In this document: positions 12,150 through 32,509 of the stretch, in pieces
Numbering within the stretch: the stretch's first letter is position 1
Layout: each line of letters opens with the position of its first letter
DNA from: Octopus bimaculoides
Taxonomy: Eukaryota
NCBI RefSeq assembly: GCF_001194135.2
Contig: NC_068988.1
Location: forward strand, 83,650,185 to 83,689,839
Length of the DNA: 39,655 nucleotides
Direction: 5' to 3'
Program-made: the position numbers and the translations under genes
The notes under the pieces: model-generated
What the model was told of the DNA's origin: nothing
What the model saw: only the letters and a program-made list of their open reading frames with translations
Databases searched by the model: none

Positions 12150-12387
12150 CTTATTAAACTTTCTTGATGTTCTTCAAGAGATTCCTCACACTGATGAAAA
12201 TAACAATGCATAAATTTAATTACAATTACTGTGATTAAAATTTTTTTCTTACACATTTGCATTGCTTTTTGAAACGTACGTATGCATTGAATCCAGTTTT
12301 GTAATAAATCTCTTTCTGATTCTACATTTTTTCTCCATTTTCTATACTTGTTTATGGTATATTTTTATACCTATAACGAAACTCCTC
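12150..12387 (+). mobile_element. Penelope-like pseudo-LTR / retrozyme-type repeat, copy 2
   Basis: Inverted partner of 9247-9484; similar AT-rich sequence continues to (AT)n at about 12530-12544; carries a hammerhead fold. Confidence 0.55.
12180..12293 (+). ncRNA. Type I hammerhead ribozyme fold in Penelope-like repeat
   Basis: CUGAUGA at 12191-12197; helix II 12198-12210/12258-12270 (11 of 13 pairs); GAAA at 12271-12274; perfect palindromic helix III ACGUACGU; GUA triplet (A at 12282). Confidence 0.72.
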
Positions 12388-12938
12388 AAATATTATTTTC
12401 ATATTCTTATTACTTGCTCTGGCTGATTTTTATGAATATGATGAATCTTTATTAGAAATCATTTTTTCTCTCTGTTTGGATCCCCCAAAAATTTTGAATT
12501 GTTCTTTTTGAACTCATTTTTTCTCATATATATATATATATATANNNNNNNNNNNNNNNNNNNNNNNNNNNNNNNNNNNNNNNNNNNNNNNNNNNNNNNN
12601 NNNNNNNNNNNNNNNNNNNNNNNNNNNNNNNNNNNNNNNNNNNNNNNNNNNNNNNNNNNNNNNNNNNNNNNNNNNNNNNNNNNNNNNNNNNNNNNNNNNN
12701 NNNNNNNNNNNNNNNNNNNNNNNNNNNNNNNNNNNNNNNNNNNNNNNNNNNNNNNNNNNNNNNNNNNNNNNNNNNNNNNNNNNNNNNNNNNNNNNNNNNN
12801 NNNNNNNNNNNNNNNNNNNNNNNGAAGCCAAATTGTTTGCAGAAGTACCCGACGGAACGGAGTCAAAAACAACAGAAAGAAAAGAAACAATTGTGCATGG
12901 AGAGAACTTTGTCGATGGAAATGATAATGAAATTCAAC

Positions 12939-13138
12939 AGATAAATTTCTAGGACTGCATGCTGATCTCAATGAGATCGTGTTCATTAAAAATAGATATT
13001 TATTGATGAAATTTTCTACAGTTATGCTCCAGATGTTTGAATATAGTGCACTGTAGAAAATTTCATTAAAATATATCTATTTTCAATGAACACGACCTCG
13101 CCGAGTGAGGGTCACCATGCAGTTCTAGAAATTCACCT
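12939..13138. repeat. Foldback hairpin, arms about 85 nt, 27-nt loop
   Basis: 12939-13022 pairs imperfectly with 13050-13138. Confidence 0.8.
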
Positions 13139-13669
13139 ACTCAATATTATACACTTCAGAAATGGCAGCCAAAAAATAAACAAATGTTTTTTCTTTTGGG
13201 ATTGAATTCCGCCATAGAAATTCATATAGATAAGATGAGATTGAGGATTTCGTTTTCAGAAACAATAAGATGTTGTGCAGCCGGTCTTCCACGAGGCATT
13301 TTCGATTTCTCATAAGAAACTATGATATTCAATCACGCGTGTGATTTATTTATATACAGAGTAGTACGGAGAATACTGGTAAGATGTTCAGTTACTTCCT
13401 TTGAATATTTTTATTTATTTTTTTACCCCCCTAAACTTGAAGATATATAGATAGATAGATAGATAGATAGATACATATAGATATATATATGTGTGTATAT
13501 TTCTATGTTGGTGTTGTAGAGAACGATCGTGCGAACCAAAGGAGATGGCGACGAACGGGAGAAGCTCCTTTTAACACGTCGCACGGTTGTCACAAAACAT
13601 GTAACATGACATAAGAAGGCTCGCATGTGAGATGCAAGCAAGTACCAGCAAAGGAAAGAGAGAGACAAC

Positions 13670-14407
13670 TGTTAGATAAATATAAGAGTAAGTTTATTAG
13701 GGTAGCCAACTGTGTGTGCGTGCATGCGGCAATATAAACAATACAATATGTATAACGGACCGTCGTGTATGCGAGAGTGTGTATACAATAATGTGAGTGT
13801 GTGAATGAGAAATACAGAGCATGGAATAAGAGTCTGTAACATAGACTATCAGAGTCCTGAACACAAAGATAAGAAAGTACCAGTTCATAGAAGAGTTACA
13901 CAGTAGGTAGAATGTCTGTACACAAGAGGTCGTGGCCGAATAGCAGAGCTGAGGTGTCACATGTTGTGTGTGAAGTTGAGCTTCGATGCTGTGATCGGTT
14001 ACTTGAATACAGAAGATTTTCGCAGGTTGTTCTGGCTGCTCCTTTCGTGGTGGAGACAATCCACACAAACAGTGTCGAGAAGAAACTGTGGTTGTTGTTG
14101 GTAGCTGTGTGCGCTGGCGACGGGACTGTAGAAGACAGTAGAACGGTAGTGCTGACGTCGTTGCTGGAAACTGGCTGGAGCTGTGTTCTGTGTGGACTAG
14201 GACCAGACCTGAAAAGGTCTGAGGTCGCGACAAACTGGCGTGGAAAAAACAGAGCTATTTATAGATAAAAGGGGCTCCAGAAACAGCAGAAAAACACTCT
14301 CTCGCGTGACCTTAACAGAAGGCCACAATTGGTCGGTATGCACCCTGGAGCGAAACAGAACTGGTGACAAATGCTGCGCAAATAAGAGCCAATCAGGGTG
14401 ATGGACA
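13670..14407 (-). mobile_element. Probable solo LTR (738 bp, Gypsy-like 4-bp TSD)
   Basis: TG...CA termini; CAAC at both 13666-13669 and 14408-14411; CCAAT at 14389-14393; minus-strand TATAAATA at 14263-14256; Inr-like CCAGTTT about 27 nt downstream; AATAAA at 13698-13693, 23 nt from the end. Confidence 0.65.
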
Positions 14408-16769
14408 CAACAAGGTCCAAACGGCCGAAGGCTAGATGTTAGCCGCTACGTTATCATTCGTAAATAAATACCCGAGAGAGAGGTTTCACTACAGTGTGTT
14501 TACGTTCCCATAACTTAGCGGTTCAGCAAAAGAAACTAATACAATAAATACTTGGCTTACAAAGAATAAGTTCTGGGGTTGATTTGTTCAACTAAAGGCG
14601 GTACTCCAGCATGGCTGCAGTCAAATGACTGAAACAAGTAAAAGAATAAGAGTGCAAAATTTTCATTACCTTTAAATGGGAAAATAACATCACAGACTAT
14701 TGATGCAATAATAGGGTTACTAGTCAGAGTTGACGAAAGGAACAGGAGTCAAAATCTGTTCTTCATCATATATTTATTAATTTAGAAAAACATACAAGAC
14801 ACATTGGTCTGGTAGAGTAAAAAATGTAGAAAAACAGGGATTCTTCCACAATATCATATAAGTGTGTTTTTTGATTGAGATGAATTTCCCCATGTAGTGA
14901 TGAATGCGGATATGTCAGTGTTAGCTGATATATTAGTGTTAACATACATCGATATATTAGTGTTAACGTACATATTTTTCTGATAGTCAGATTGTCAAAA
15001 CAGAATCAGCCAAAATTATTTGCATGAAAGAAACTCTGTTAGTCTTTGGTGATTGTATTAGAAAAGAATTCATTTGTGGTCATGCTCCATTGCTCATGAC
15101 TCTATCAGCTAATACCGTCTTCACTTGTCAACAGCATCTTATCTTCCAGACTTCTTACTGATTACAGGAATCAGCTCAGGGCTCACTGACTTCGAATGAA
15201 ATCCAGTCTGTCTATCTTTACTTGAGTTTAGCCTGCTGTATATCACTAATTATTGGTTGCCAATGACAAATTTGATTGGACAGATTTGTGCTGATATCAT
15301 CACATCTATGAGTTGTTTTGACCAGATTCCAAAAATTCCCACTTGTTTACAAAGAAAGCTATTGGTTAGATTTTTGGTGATTTTCTTTTTTTTATCTTTG
15401 AAAACCATAAGGTTTCAAGTTCAAATCACAATACAGATCTGCTACATTGGCAACTGGGTCAAAATACAAAACAATGCCAAGAATTTTCTAAGGATCTGTT
15501 TACTACTTGTCTACAAGAATTTCATAGCAACAAATTCACATCTACCATTTCTGTAATCTAATTTTCTGGGCACATCACTATAACATTATGTATATTGTAA
15601 TTTCTGTTGTTAAGATGATTTTAAAAATATTAAAACTTATTTGAAAAATTACTAAGATCTCAATTTCTACAAATCATATAAATATCAGCTCCCCCACCCA
15701 TTTTTTTTTGCTCCTATTCTTGATAAATTCAGCTCCTTTTGAAACACTACTACTAACATGTCTGTGACAGGCTAAAACTAATACACACTTGATTCACAGC
15801 AGTAGGCAATGGTTTGTAGCAGCTGCAAATGAAGCACACTACTGTATGACCTTAATTTATTATCATTTAATTATGAAGAACCCTCACACACATGCACCTC
15901 CAACTATGCAACCACTTCTAACACCATGTACAATATTCTTTCATTTTTACATTCATTTTGCCATGCTGTCATGGTTTGGCAAATACACATTGATTCATTG
16001 TGATACATGTGGATGCCCTTTCTGTCATTAACCTTGTCTGTTTTTCAAATAAGAGTTCTCTTATTTCACACATCTTTAAAGGCACAAAACCAGTTCTTTA
16101 CTTTGTGTTGTTCCCATCCATTCAAGAGAAAATGAGTACCAAACTAAAACTACAATAGACTGGAATCCAGTTAGAGATCTTGTAATTTTAGTCTAAATGC
16201 CTTGGAAATCTGGTTTAGCTTTGATCTCAGAGCTCAAAGGCTCAACACAGACTTGAAACCTTGATGTATAACTACATGCGTGTATGAATGCAGAATAGCT
16301 GAAATAGTATGGTATTACTAAAACTGGATAGGCAGATGGATTTCCATCAGTTTCAACAACAAGAATTCAGTTGTTCGATCAGCTTGCTCATTGAATTAAT
16401 AACTGGCCGAGTATTCCACAGATATATGTACCTTTTATGTAATTCTCAGGATCAATCAGTGTGACAAGGCTATATTTTTTTTAATTACACATACAATCTG
16501 CTCAACTAGTTTCTATAGTTTCCATCTACCTGATTTCACTCAGGAGGGGCACAGTTTGCTTGACAGCAAGATTCATATATAACTATTACATGATGTCAAG
16601 GCAAGGAAACAGAAACACACGTGTGTGTACTCATTACATACTGCTCCAGTGCATCTAAAACATATGAAACTTACATTCTCTGTTATTTTGCATGTGATTT
16701 CACTTCATTTCTCCCATGTCCATTGCTTACATTGCATAAGGAATTTATACTTAATTCTTTTATGCATAT

Positions 16770-17275
16770 AAACAAGGTCATTTCCCTGAAGAAACCAGGG
16801 TCTTCTTCCCTACTTACTAAAACCTTCTTCTTTGCTAAGTTTACCTCAAGGCCTCTCAATTCTAGGTCTGACTTTCATGCCTGGAAATACCTCTCTAATT
16901 CCCCTATAGATTCAGCTACAAGAACTCTGTGATTGCTTGTAGGATTTTGATGAATAAGTGGGGACTGAAGACTGATCCTTGATGGACTCCTACACTCATG
17001 CTAAATTCATCACTGAAATCATTGTTAGCCCCCACTTTACTTACTGCATTTTATATATTACTTGTATAACCCTCACAAGCCAATTTCCTTAATGATCACC
17101 AAATTTCTGAATGTGGAGTCAAACACCTTCAAGTCAATGAATACCAGGAATAGTGATTTACTCAGAACCAATTATTTCTCCTACAGTTACCTCACTAGAA
17201 AGATTGCATCCATGGTATCTCTTCCAGGTATGAAGCCAAAGTGCATCTCATCTAGGTCTATCCTGCCATGAATAA
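16770..17275 (-). mobile_element. Degenerate RTE LINE RT fragment
   Basis: Minus strand reads RIDLDEMHFGFIPGRDTMDAIFLVR...VGVHQGSVFSPHLF; homologous to the 7017-9148 element. Confidence 0.8.
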
Positions 17276-17654
17276 ATTACATATATGTAATGTATGTGTG
17301 TATCATGTGTGTGTGTGTGTGTACAACAAAAACAAGATAGTTTTTACATTTTGCTTCCTGGTTAATTGTGGCTGGGCTTTAGTGAAAAGGAAGTAAAAAT
17401 ACACAGAACAGTCAAATGGTTGTGACTACTGATCAAGTGGTGATAAGTTCAAATCTAACAACAGTAACTGGACATTGTGTGGATTCTATTGACAGAGCCC
17501 ATCACTGTCTCTCTTGAACTCTATTGTTTTTCATTTCTAATTAATCAGTGATGGTCTCTTGTCAGTACAATTCACAAAAGGTAATTAGTCTGTGTACCAT
17601 GAAATGAAAAGTGACTTTTATAATTTCAGATAGTTGCATTCATTTGTTGTCATT

Positions 17655-17840
17655 ATCTGCAACCATCCCCTACTGCCATTGCCATCATCATGTAATGCCT
17701 AGCTTCCACACTGGGATGGGTTGAACTGTTTGACTGGGTCCAATGAGTCAGAGAACTGTGTTAGGTACCAAGGTTGACTTTGGCATGATTTCTATGATTG
17801 GTTGCCTTTCTAATGCCAACCACTTGGTGCTCTTTTTCAT
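17655..17840 (-). mobile_element. RTE 3'-end-only copy, old
   Basis: Decayed version of the same 3' end. Confidence 0.55.
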
Positions 17841-18164
17841 GACCCCAGCACTTGTGATAATAGCTCTTAACATACAAGGCCTTAAGTGGCCCCTCAAAAG
17901 GGGGAGCAGAAGAGTAGATGATGATTCTAGGTGGAGGTTTGAAGGGTGGTATGTAAAAGAAGAGTATGTGGGTATATGACAGGAAACAGAGGACAGGGAA
18001 GGATTAGTGACAGGGTTGAAGAAAGAAGAGGGATAGAGTTAAAAGGTGATGAGGTAGGGGAGTGTAGGGCTATTCAACATCATAAGAATCGAGTATGGAC
18101 AAAAAGTGTGAAAGGGAAATTGGAGAAAGAAGAAAATAGTAGTTATTACTTTTTTCCCCTCGCA

Positions 18165-19148
18165 CAGTGGTTCCCAACCAATNNNNNNNNNNNNNNNNNN
18201 NNNNNNNNNNNNNNNNNNNNNNNNNNNNNNNNNNNNNNNNNNNNNNNNNNNNNNNNNNNNNNNNNNNNNNNNNNNNNNNNNNNNNNNNNNNNNNNNNNNN
18301 NNNNNNNNNNNNNNNNNNNNNNNNNNNNNNNNNNNNNNNNNNNNNNNNNNNNNNNNNNNNNNNNNNNNNNNNNNNNNNNNNNNNNNNNNNNNNNNNNNNN
18401 NNNNNNNNNNNNNNNNNNNNNNNNNNNNNNNNNNNNNNNNNNNNNNNNNNNNNNNNNNNNNNNNNNNNNNNNNNNNNNNNNNNNNNNNNNNNNNNNNNNN
18501 NNNNNNNNNNNNNNNNNNNNNNNNNNNNNNNNNNNNNNNNNNNNNNNNNNNNNNNNNNNNNNNNNNNNNNNNNNNNNNNNNNNNNNNNNNNNNNNNNNNN
18601 NNNNNNNNNNNNNNNNNNNNNNNNNNNNNNNNNNNNNNNNNNNNNNNNNNNNNNNNNNNNNNNNNNNNNNNNNNNNNNNNNNNNNNNNNNNNNNNNNNNN
18701 NNNNNNNNNNNNNNNNNNNNNNNNNNNNNNNNNNNNNNNNNNNNNNNNNNNNNNNNNNNNNNNNNNNNNNNNNNNNNNNNNNNNNNNNNNNNNNNNNNNN
18801 NNNNNNNNNNNNNNNNNNNNNNNNNNNNNNNNNNNNNNNNNNNNNNNNNNNNNNNNNNNNNNNNNNNNNNNNNNNNNNNNNNNNNNNNNNNNNNNNNNNN
18901 NNNNNNNNNNNNNNNNNNNNNNNNNNNNNNNNNNNNNNNNNNNNNNNNNNNNNNNNNNNNNNNNNNNNNNNNNNNNNNNNNNNNNNNNNNNNNNNNNNNN
19001 NNNNNNNNNNNNNNNNNNNNNNNNNNNNNNNNNNNNNNNNNNNNNNNNNNNNNNNNNNNNNNNNNNNNNNNNNNNNNNNNNNNNNNNNNNNNNNNNNNNN
19101 NNNNNNNNNNTGTGTGTGTGAATGTGTTCGTTACCAGTGCCATAAATC

Positions 19149-19207
<59 letters not shown>

Positions 19208-19814
19208 TTCTTTCTCTCTGTCGCTCTCTTTCTCTCTCTCTGTGCCTCTTTCTTTTCCTTCACTGATGCTATCCCTTACTTCCACTCCATTTTAACCCAT
19301 TCCACACCCCCAATGCCATTTATTGCCCCATCAACACTCTGCATCACCACATTTTTCTTGTGTACTTAGATTTTTGTCGCCAGAGATAAAAGAATCAATA
19401 CTTTTAGACACCTGCACACATAAGTCTGTCTCCAGTTTATTTCTCCATAGGGAATTAAAATGGCATTGCTTTCAGTACTGACCAGTTCTATACTACATAT
19501 ATGCATGCACGCACGCACACACACACACATGCGCGTTTATAATTACCTACATGTTTTCACATACCACTAAATGGAAGGAAATAATCTATTCCCACTTTAG
19601 TGACATCAGGTCTTATGAACATGATGGAAACGACCTGTTGTTTCTAAAGTGTCCAAAAATTTGATAAAACTGTCCACAGAAGGGTTGCAAAGAATTTTTG
19701 CTTTTAATAACTCATTCTCGAATTGCCCCCTTTCTCTATTGGTATACTAAACATTGTGTACAAAAGGTATAAATTCAACATAACCCTACGCATGCCCCAC
19801 ATTGGGAATCACAG
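18165..19814. mobile_element. Non-autonomous hAT (Charlie-like) DNA transposon spanning a gap
   Basis: TIRs cagtggttcccaa / ttgggaatcacag; 8-bp TSD ccctcgca (18157-18164) vs cccttgca (19815-19822). Confidence 0.7.
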
Positions 19815-20239
19815 CCCTTGCAGTAAAGGTTCCTACTTGAAGTGATATTCCAAATATTCCATTTTTCTCTCAAAGCAAATACTTCAACTAATCATTCTGA
19901 CTGGACTGATTGGTAAAACAGGTTTTATTCTTACTTCACAGCTGAGTGGTTAGTACCAATAAAAATTATTGTTCCAACCTAAAACTTCTCAACCAAGTCC
20001 CCCTCCTCCTCTCTAATCTATCAATTAGCATGCCTTAATTGACTGTTCAGTCAGTAGACCAGAACCACTAAATCTCTTGAATGCATTCAATAGAAAACAA
20101 CAGTTTGAAATAGAAACATATTTCACTAATGAACTTCTTTTCACTTAGTAATTCTGATTTCTCCAAGGACAAAAGATGTTTATTGAAGTGTTTAGCTTTG
20201 AGAGATGGGCAAGTATCATTTATTATTCATATATTATAT

Positions 20240-20430
20240 GAAGCTGGCCAGCTGGTAGAATTGTTAACATGCTGGTATTTTATCCATTGAGTTCAAATTT
20301 CAGCAAGTTTTACTTTGCCTTTAATCCTTTTGGGGTTAATGAAATAAGTACAAGTTAAGCACCAGAATCGATGTAATCGACTAACCTCATCCCCCCAAAT
20401 TTCAGGCTTTGTGTCTATAGTAGAAGGGAT
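20240..20430 (+). mobile_element. SINE family B copy
   Basis: Similar to 27078-27290. Confidence 0.65.
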
Positions 20431-20751
20431 TATTTATATATTATTGTTATTATTGCCTTTCATCTTTTCATGGTCAATAAAATAAGTATTAGGATCAACA
20501 TAACTGATAGTGCCCTTCTAAATACAGCAGTTATTTTGAATAGGTTGAAAGAGAGGACATACAGAGACTTGCTGAAGGTAGGTGATAATGCCAACCTCTT
20601 CAAAATGTTACAAGAACAGCAAACTGGTAAGAATGAACATTATGACATGATGTGAGATATGAGAGACAGACAGACAGAAATGTACCTGTGTGTCATGAAT
20701 GAGAGTGAAAAAGAGAAAGATACCCTACTCTTCTGTGGAGCACACATACAG

Positions 20752-21639
20752 TGTTCACACGTTAGTTTGTTCACTAGAACATCAATCTAAACGTTGCCTC
20801 GATAGTCTACATGTTTGTCTATCATGAAATGAACTGGCCAGGTTGCAAGCTTGCTCAATGGCAAGTAGGCCCCCCCCCCCACCATTAGAATCCATATATG
20901 GGGGCCCACGTTAGTATCTAAGGGGCCCATCCCCTCAAGTTTGAGAATTTTTTATTCACTCCTGGAAGAATGCATTATTTCAGTCCGGTTGTGTTTGTAG
21001 ACAGTTCAAAAGAATACTTTTAATAGAAAAAAAAATTATATGATAGCATTGTAGTTGTGGGTGGGCTCCCTTAGTCTCTTGGCAACCAATATTTTTAGAC
21101 CCAGTTTGCCACTGTACACACACGCACACACACACAAACACCCACACCCACACACATTGCATTTCTATCCCCCATTCAGAACCTTTGATATATTATATCT
21201 TAATTAATTGCTATTTTGTTTTATTACTATATACTAACTACAGAGTATATCTATAGATTTTAAGCCAACTCTGTATTTACTGGCAGACATAAACACTTTA
21301 TCTGTATATAAAATATTTTTGCAGATAGAAAAAGGTCAGGGACTAGCTGGGCAGTTTCAATCCCTGTATTGGGATGTCAAAAATAACTGTGTACCGTTCT
21401 TAACCATCTACCAACACACTGGCTAGTTGGAGAGACTAATTTGCATATATAATGCATTCTTGGCAGCAAGTTTCGTTAACAAATTATTGTTGTGTCAGCA
21501 GTGTTTTGTTTCATTGCTAAATACCACCACCACCATTACCACAAAGCGCCGGTGCCACAGGCCACTGTTCACACGTTAGTCTGTTCACTAGAACATCAAT
21601 CTAAACGTTGTCTCAATAGTCTACATGTTTGTCTATCAT
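20752..21639 (+). repeat. 74-bp direct repeat pair (20752-20825, 21566-21639)
   Basis: tgttcacacgttagt...gtctatcat; 3 mismatches. Confidence 0.9.
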
Positions 21640-22179
21640 AAATTAAAGTCCAATATCCAAAGTTAAGAATATCTTTTTATGTCACCATATTGGATCATGG
21701 AGCTGCAAAAATGTGTGTATGTCATCTGCCTGTCTGTCTCACTCCCTCTGTCCTGACAGAGGGTGAAAAGAGAGCGTGAGACAGACAGACAGACTCTGTG
21801 TGTGTATGTGTGTGTGTGCGCGCATGAGAGAGAGAGAGAGAGAGATAGAAAGAGAGATGGGAGACAGTGCATGAATATGTATGTGAGTGTGTGTGTAATC
21901 ATAAATTAACATGCAAACATTGATTATATATGCACAGACATGACTATATAGTTAAGAAGTTTGCTTCCTAATCACATGGTTCCAGGTTTTGTCCCACCTT
22001 GGGCAAGTGCGTTCTTCTATAGGCCAAGGCCTACCAAAGCTTTTACCATGTAAGCATGGAAAAGTGAATGTTAAAACAATAAGGATGATGATTATGATGA
22101 TGATGTGCTTTATGGAAGCAAAACCATTGGTCACTCTACTGCCAGCCATATAATTAACTTCCTGTAAATATATATCATC

Positions 22180-22282
22180 ATCATCATCATCATCATCATC
22201 ATCGTTTAACGTCCGCTTTCCATGCTAGCATGGGTTGGACGATTTGACTGAGGACTGGTGAAACCGGATGGCAACACCAGGC

Positions 22283-22287
<5 letters not shown>
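22180..22287 (-). mobile_element. RTE 3'-end-only copy, young
   Basis: (ATC)n followed by gtttaacgtccgctttccatgctagcatgggttggacg. Confidence 0.8.
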
Positions 22288-22313
<26 letters not shown>

Positions 22314-22399
22314 GTAAGTAGGAAAACAGACAAATCACAAGTCCCTTCTGAGAGATGGCCCAGCTCAATATGTAGGAAGGGTGTTGGTAGAAACTTCAT

Positions 22400-22870
22400 A
22401 CATTGTACCCAGTGCAAGCTTTGGACACATAAGTGGTGTAGCAGCATCACAGGAAGATTAACCGAGAAAATAGTCTTTGTGCATGGCAAATGTACAGGTA
22501 CAATAAACACTAAAATTGCACAGACAATAGACTCCCTCAAATGCTTGATGGGATCATTAGAAGTAGATAGCTTCTGTTACATAGGAAACCAAATCAGCTA
22601 TAGTGGAGGAAGTTCTGAAAGTGTAGTTGCTAGAATAAGAACAGGCTGGGCAAAATTTTGAGAGCTTCTACATTAGTTGGTAACTAAGGACCTCTCCCTT
22701 GAAGTGAAAGGCAGATTGTATGATGCCTGTGTACATACAGCTATGTTTCATAGCAGTGAAACATAGGCTTTGACTACTGAGGACTTGCGAAGACTTGAAA
22801 GAAATGAAGCTCGCATGCTCCACTAGATGGGTAATGTCAGTGTGCATGCACAAGAGAGCGTAAATGATTT
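22400..22870 (+). mobile_element. RTE LINE C-terminal ORF fragment
   Basis: LEVDSFCYIGNQISYSGGSSESVVARIRTGWAKF...KGRLYDACV; same family as 7017-9148. Confidence 0.8.
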
Positions 22871-23245
22871 GAGATAATGATACATTTATAATTGGTTTCT
22901 ATACAGTTTCCACATACCAACTCCATACACAAAGCATTGGTTAGTTCAAGACTACAGTAGAAGATATTTGCTCAAGGTGAAATAGTGAGATAGAACTCAA
23001 GGCCATGTTGCAACAAAATGAACTTCCATCTTCACACATCTATGGTTCTATAAAATGGAAGATTTTGTTAGGAAGGAAGGAACAATGTCAAACTGCAAAA
23101 TCAAAAACAAAATAAATCAAGGCAGGTATAAAAAATATCATTTATGTCTATGATCACACAATATCTTTATATGAGCAACAAAAATATACAGTTTCATGAA
23201 CTATAGTAGGGGTATAAGAATCAATAAACTCTGACAACCACAGTT

Positions 23246-31587
<8,342 letters not shown>

Positions 31588-31725
31588 CTGTAGAAAGCAT
31601 AGAGCAAAGAATTAATAAACTCAATAAATGTAAGAGCAATAATATTTCTGGAAATTTACATTTAATTAAATTGAAAAAACAAAACAAAAAAAAACAGGAG
31701 AGTAGTGTCAATAAAACATACTAAA

Positions 31726-31842
31726 CTGGCACTCCATCAGTTCTGACAACAAGGATTCCAGTTGATCTCATCAATGGAACAGTCTGCTCATGAAATTAAC
31801 ATGCAAGTGGCTGAGCACTCCACAGACATGCGTACCCTTAAC
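31726..31842 (+). mobile_element. Short interspersed repeat family C (related copy at about 16360-16470)
   Basis: Shared gttgatc...ctgctc-tgaaattaac...gctgagcactccacagac motif. Confidence 0.5.
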
Positions 31843-32151
31843 GAAATGATAAACGCGAACAAAATAGAATAAATAAAATGTGACGATTAATGGATACGCA
31901 TGAACTTAAGACAAACAAGGAAGACGAATCTATCAGGCTATGTTTACATGGTAAAGAAATAAATAGATAATAAAGAACGAATGGGGTGGGGATTAGGGTT
32001 AGGGTTATGATCTACTCAGAAACAGGAGTACAAGAACAAGGTTGAAAGGATAAAATTCTTATCTGTTCATCTTCTGAATTTCATATTCTATGAGCAGAGG
32101 AATTGGAAATCGAGTAGGGGAAGCAGAGCATTGAGCTAGATATATACATAT

Positions 32152-32362
32152 ATATCATCGTCATCATTTAACGTCCGCTTTCTATGCTAGCATGGATTGA
32201 ACGATTTGACTGGGGACTGGCGAACCAGATGGCTACACCAGACTCCAATCTGATCTGGCAGAGTTTCTACAGCTGGATGCCCTTCCTAACGCCAACCACT
32301 CCGAGAGTGTAGTGGGTGCTTTTTACGTGCCACCGGCATGAGGGCCAGTCCAGCGGTCTGGC
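32152..32362 (-). mobile_element. RTE 3'-end-only copy
   Basis: Reverse complement of the 8950-9148 3' end. Confidence 0.8.
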
Positions 32363-32378
32363 AAATATATATATACAT

Positions 32379-32494
<116 letters not shown>

Positions 32495-32509
32495 TTATAT
32501 GAAACAAAG

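Noticed and set aside
13697-14268. Overlapping 178-aa (-) and 118-aa (+) ORFs
   Set aside because: No recognisable domain, no convincing start codon, and located inside the probable LTR
10359-19369. Long ORFs of 260-400 aa in the ORF track (also 35569-36819)
   Set aside because: They are artefacts of reading through N-gaps
20752-21639. TRIM / mini-LTR interpretation of the 74-bp TG..CA repeats
   Set aside because: No TSD, PBS or polypurine tract
31992-32006. TTAGGG-like repeats
   Set aside because: Only about two units; too short for an interstitial telomere call
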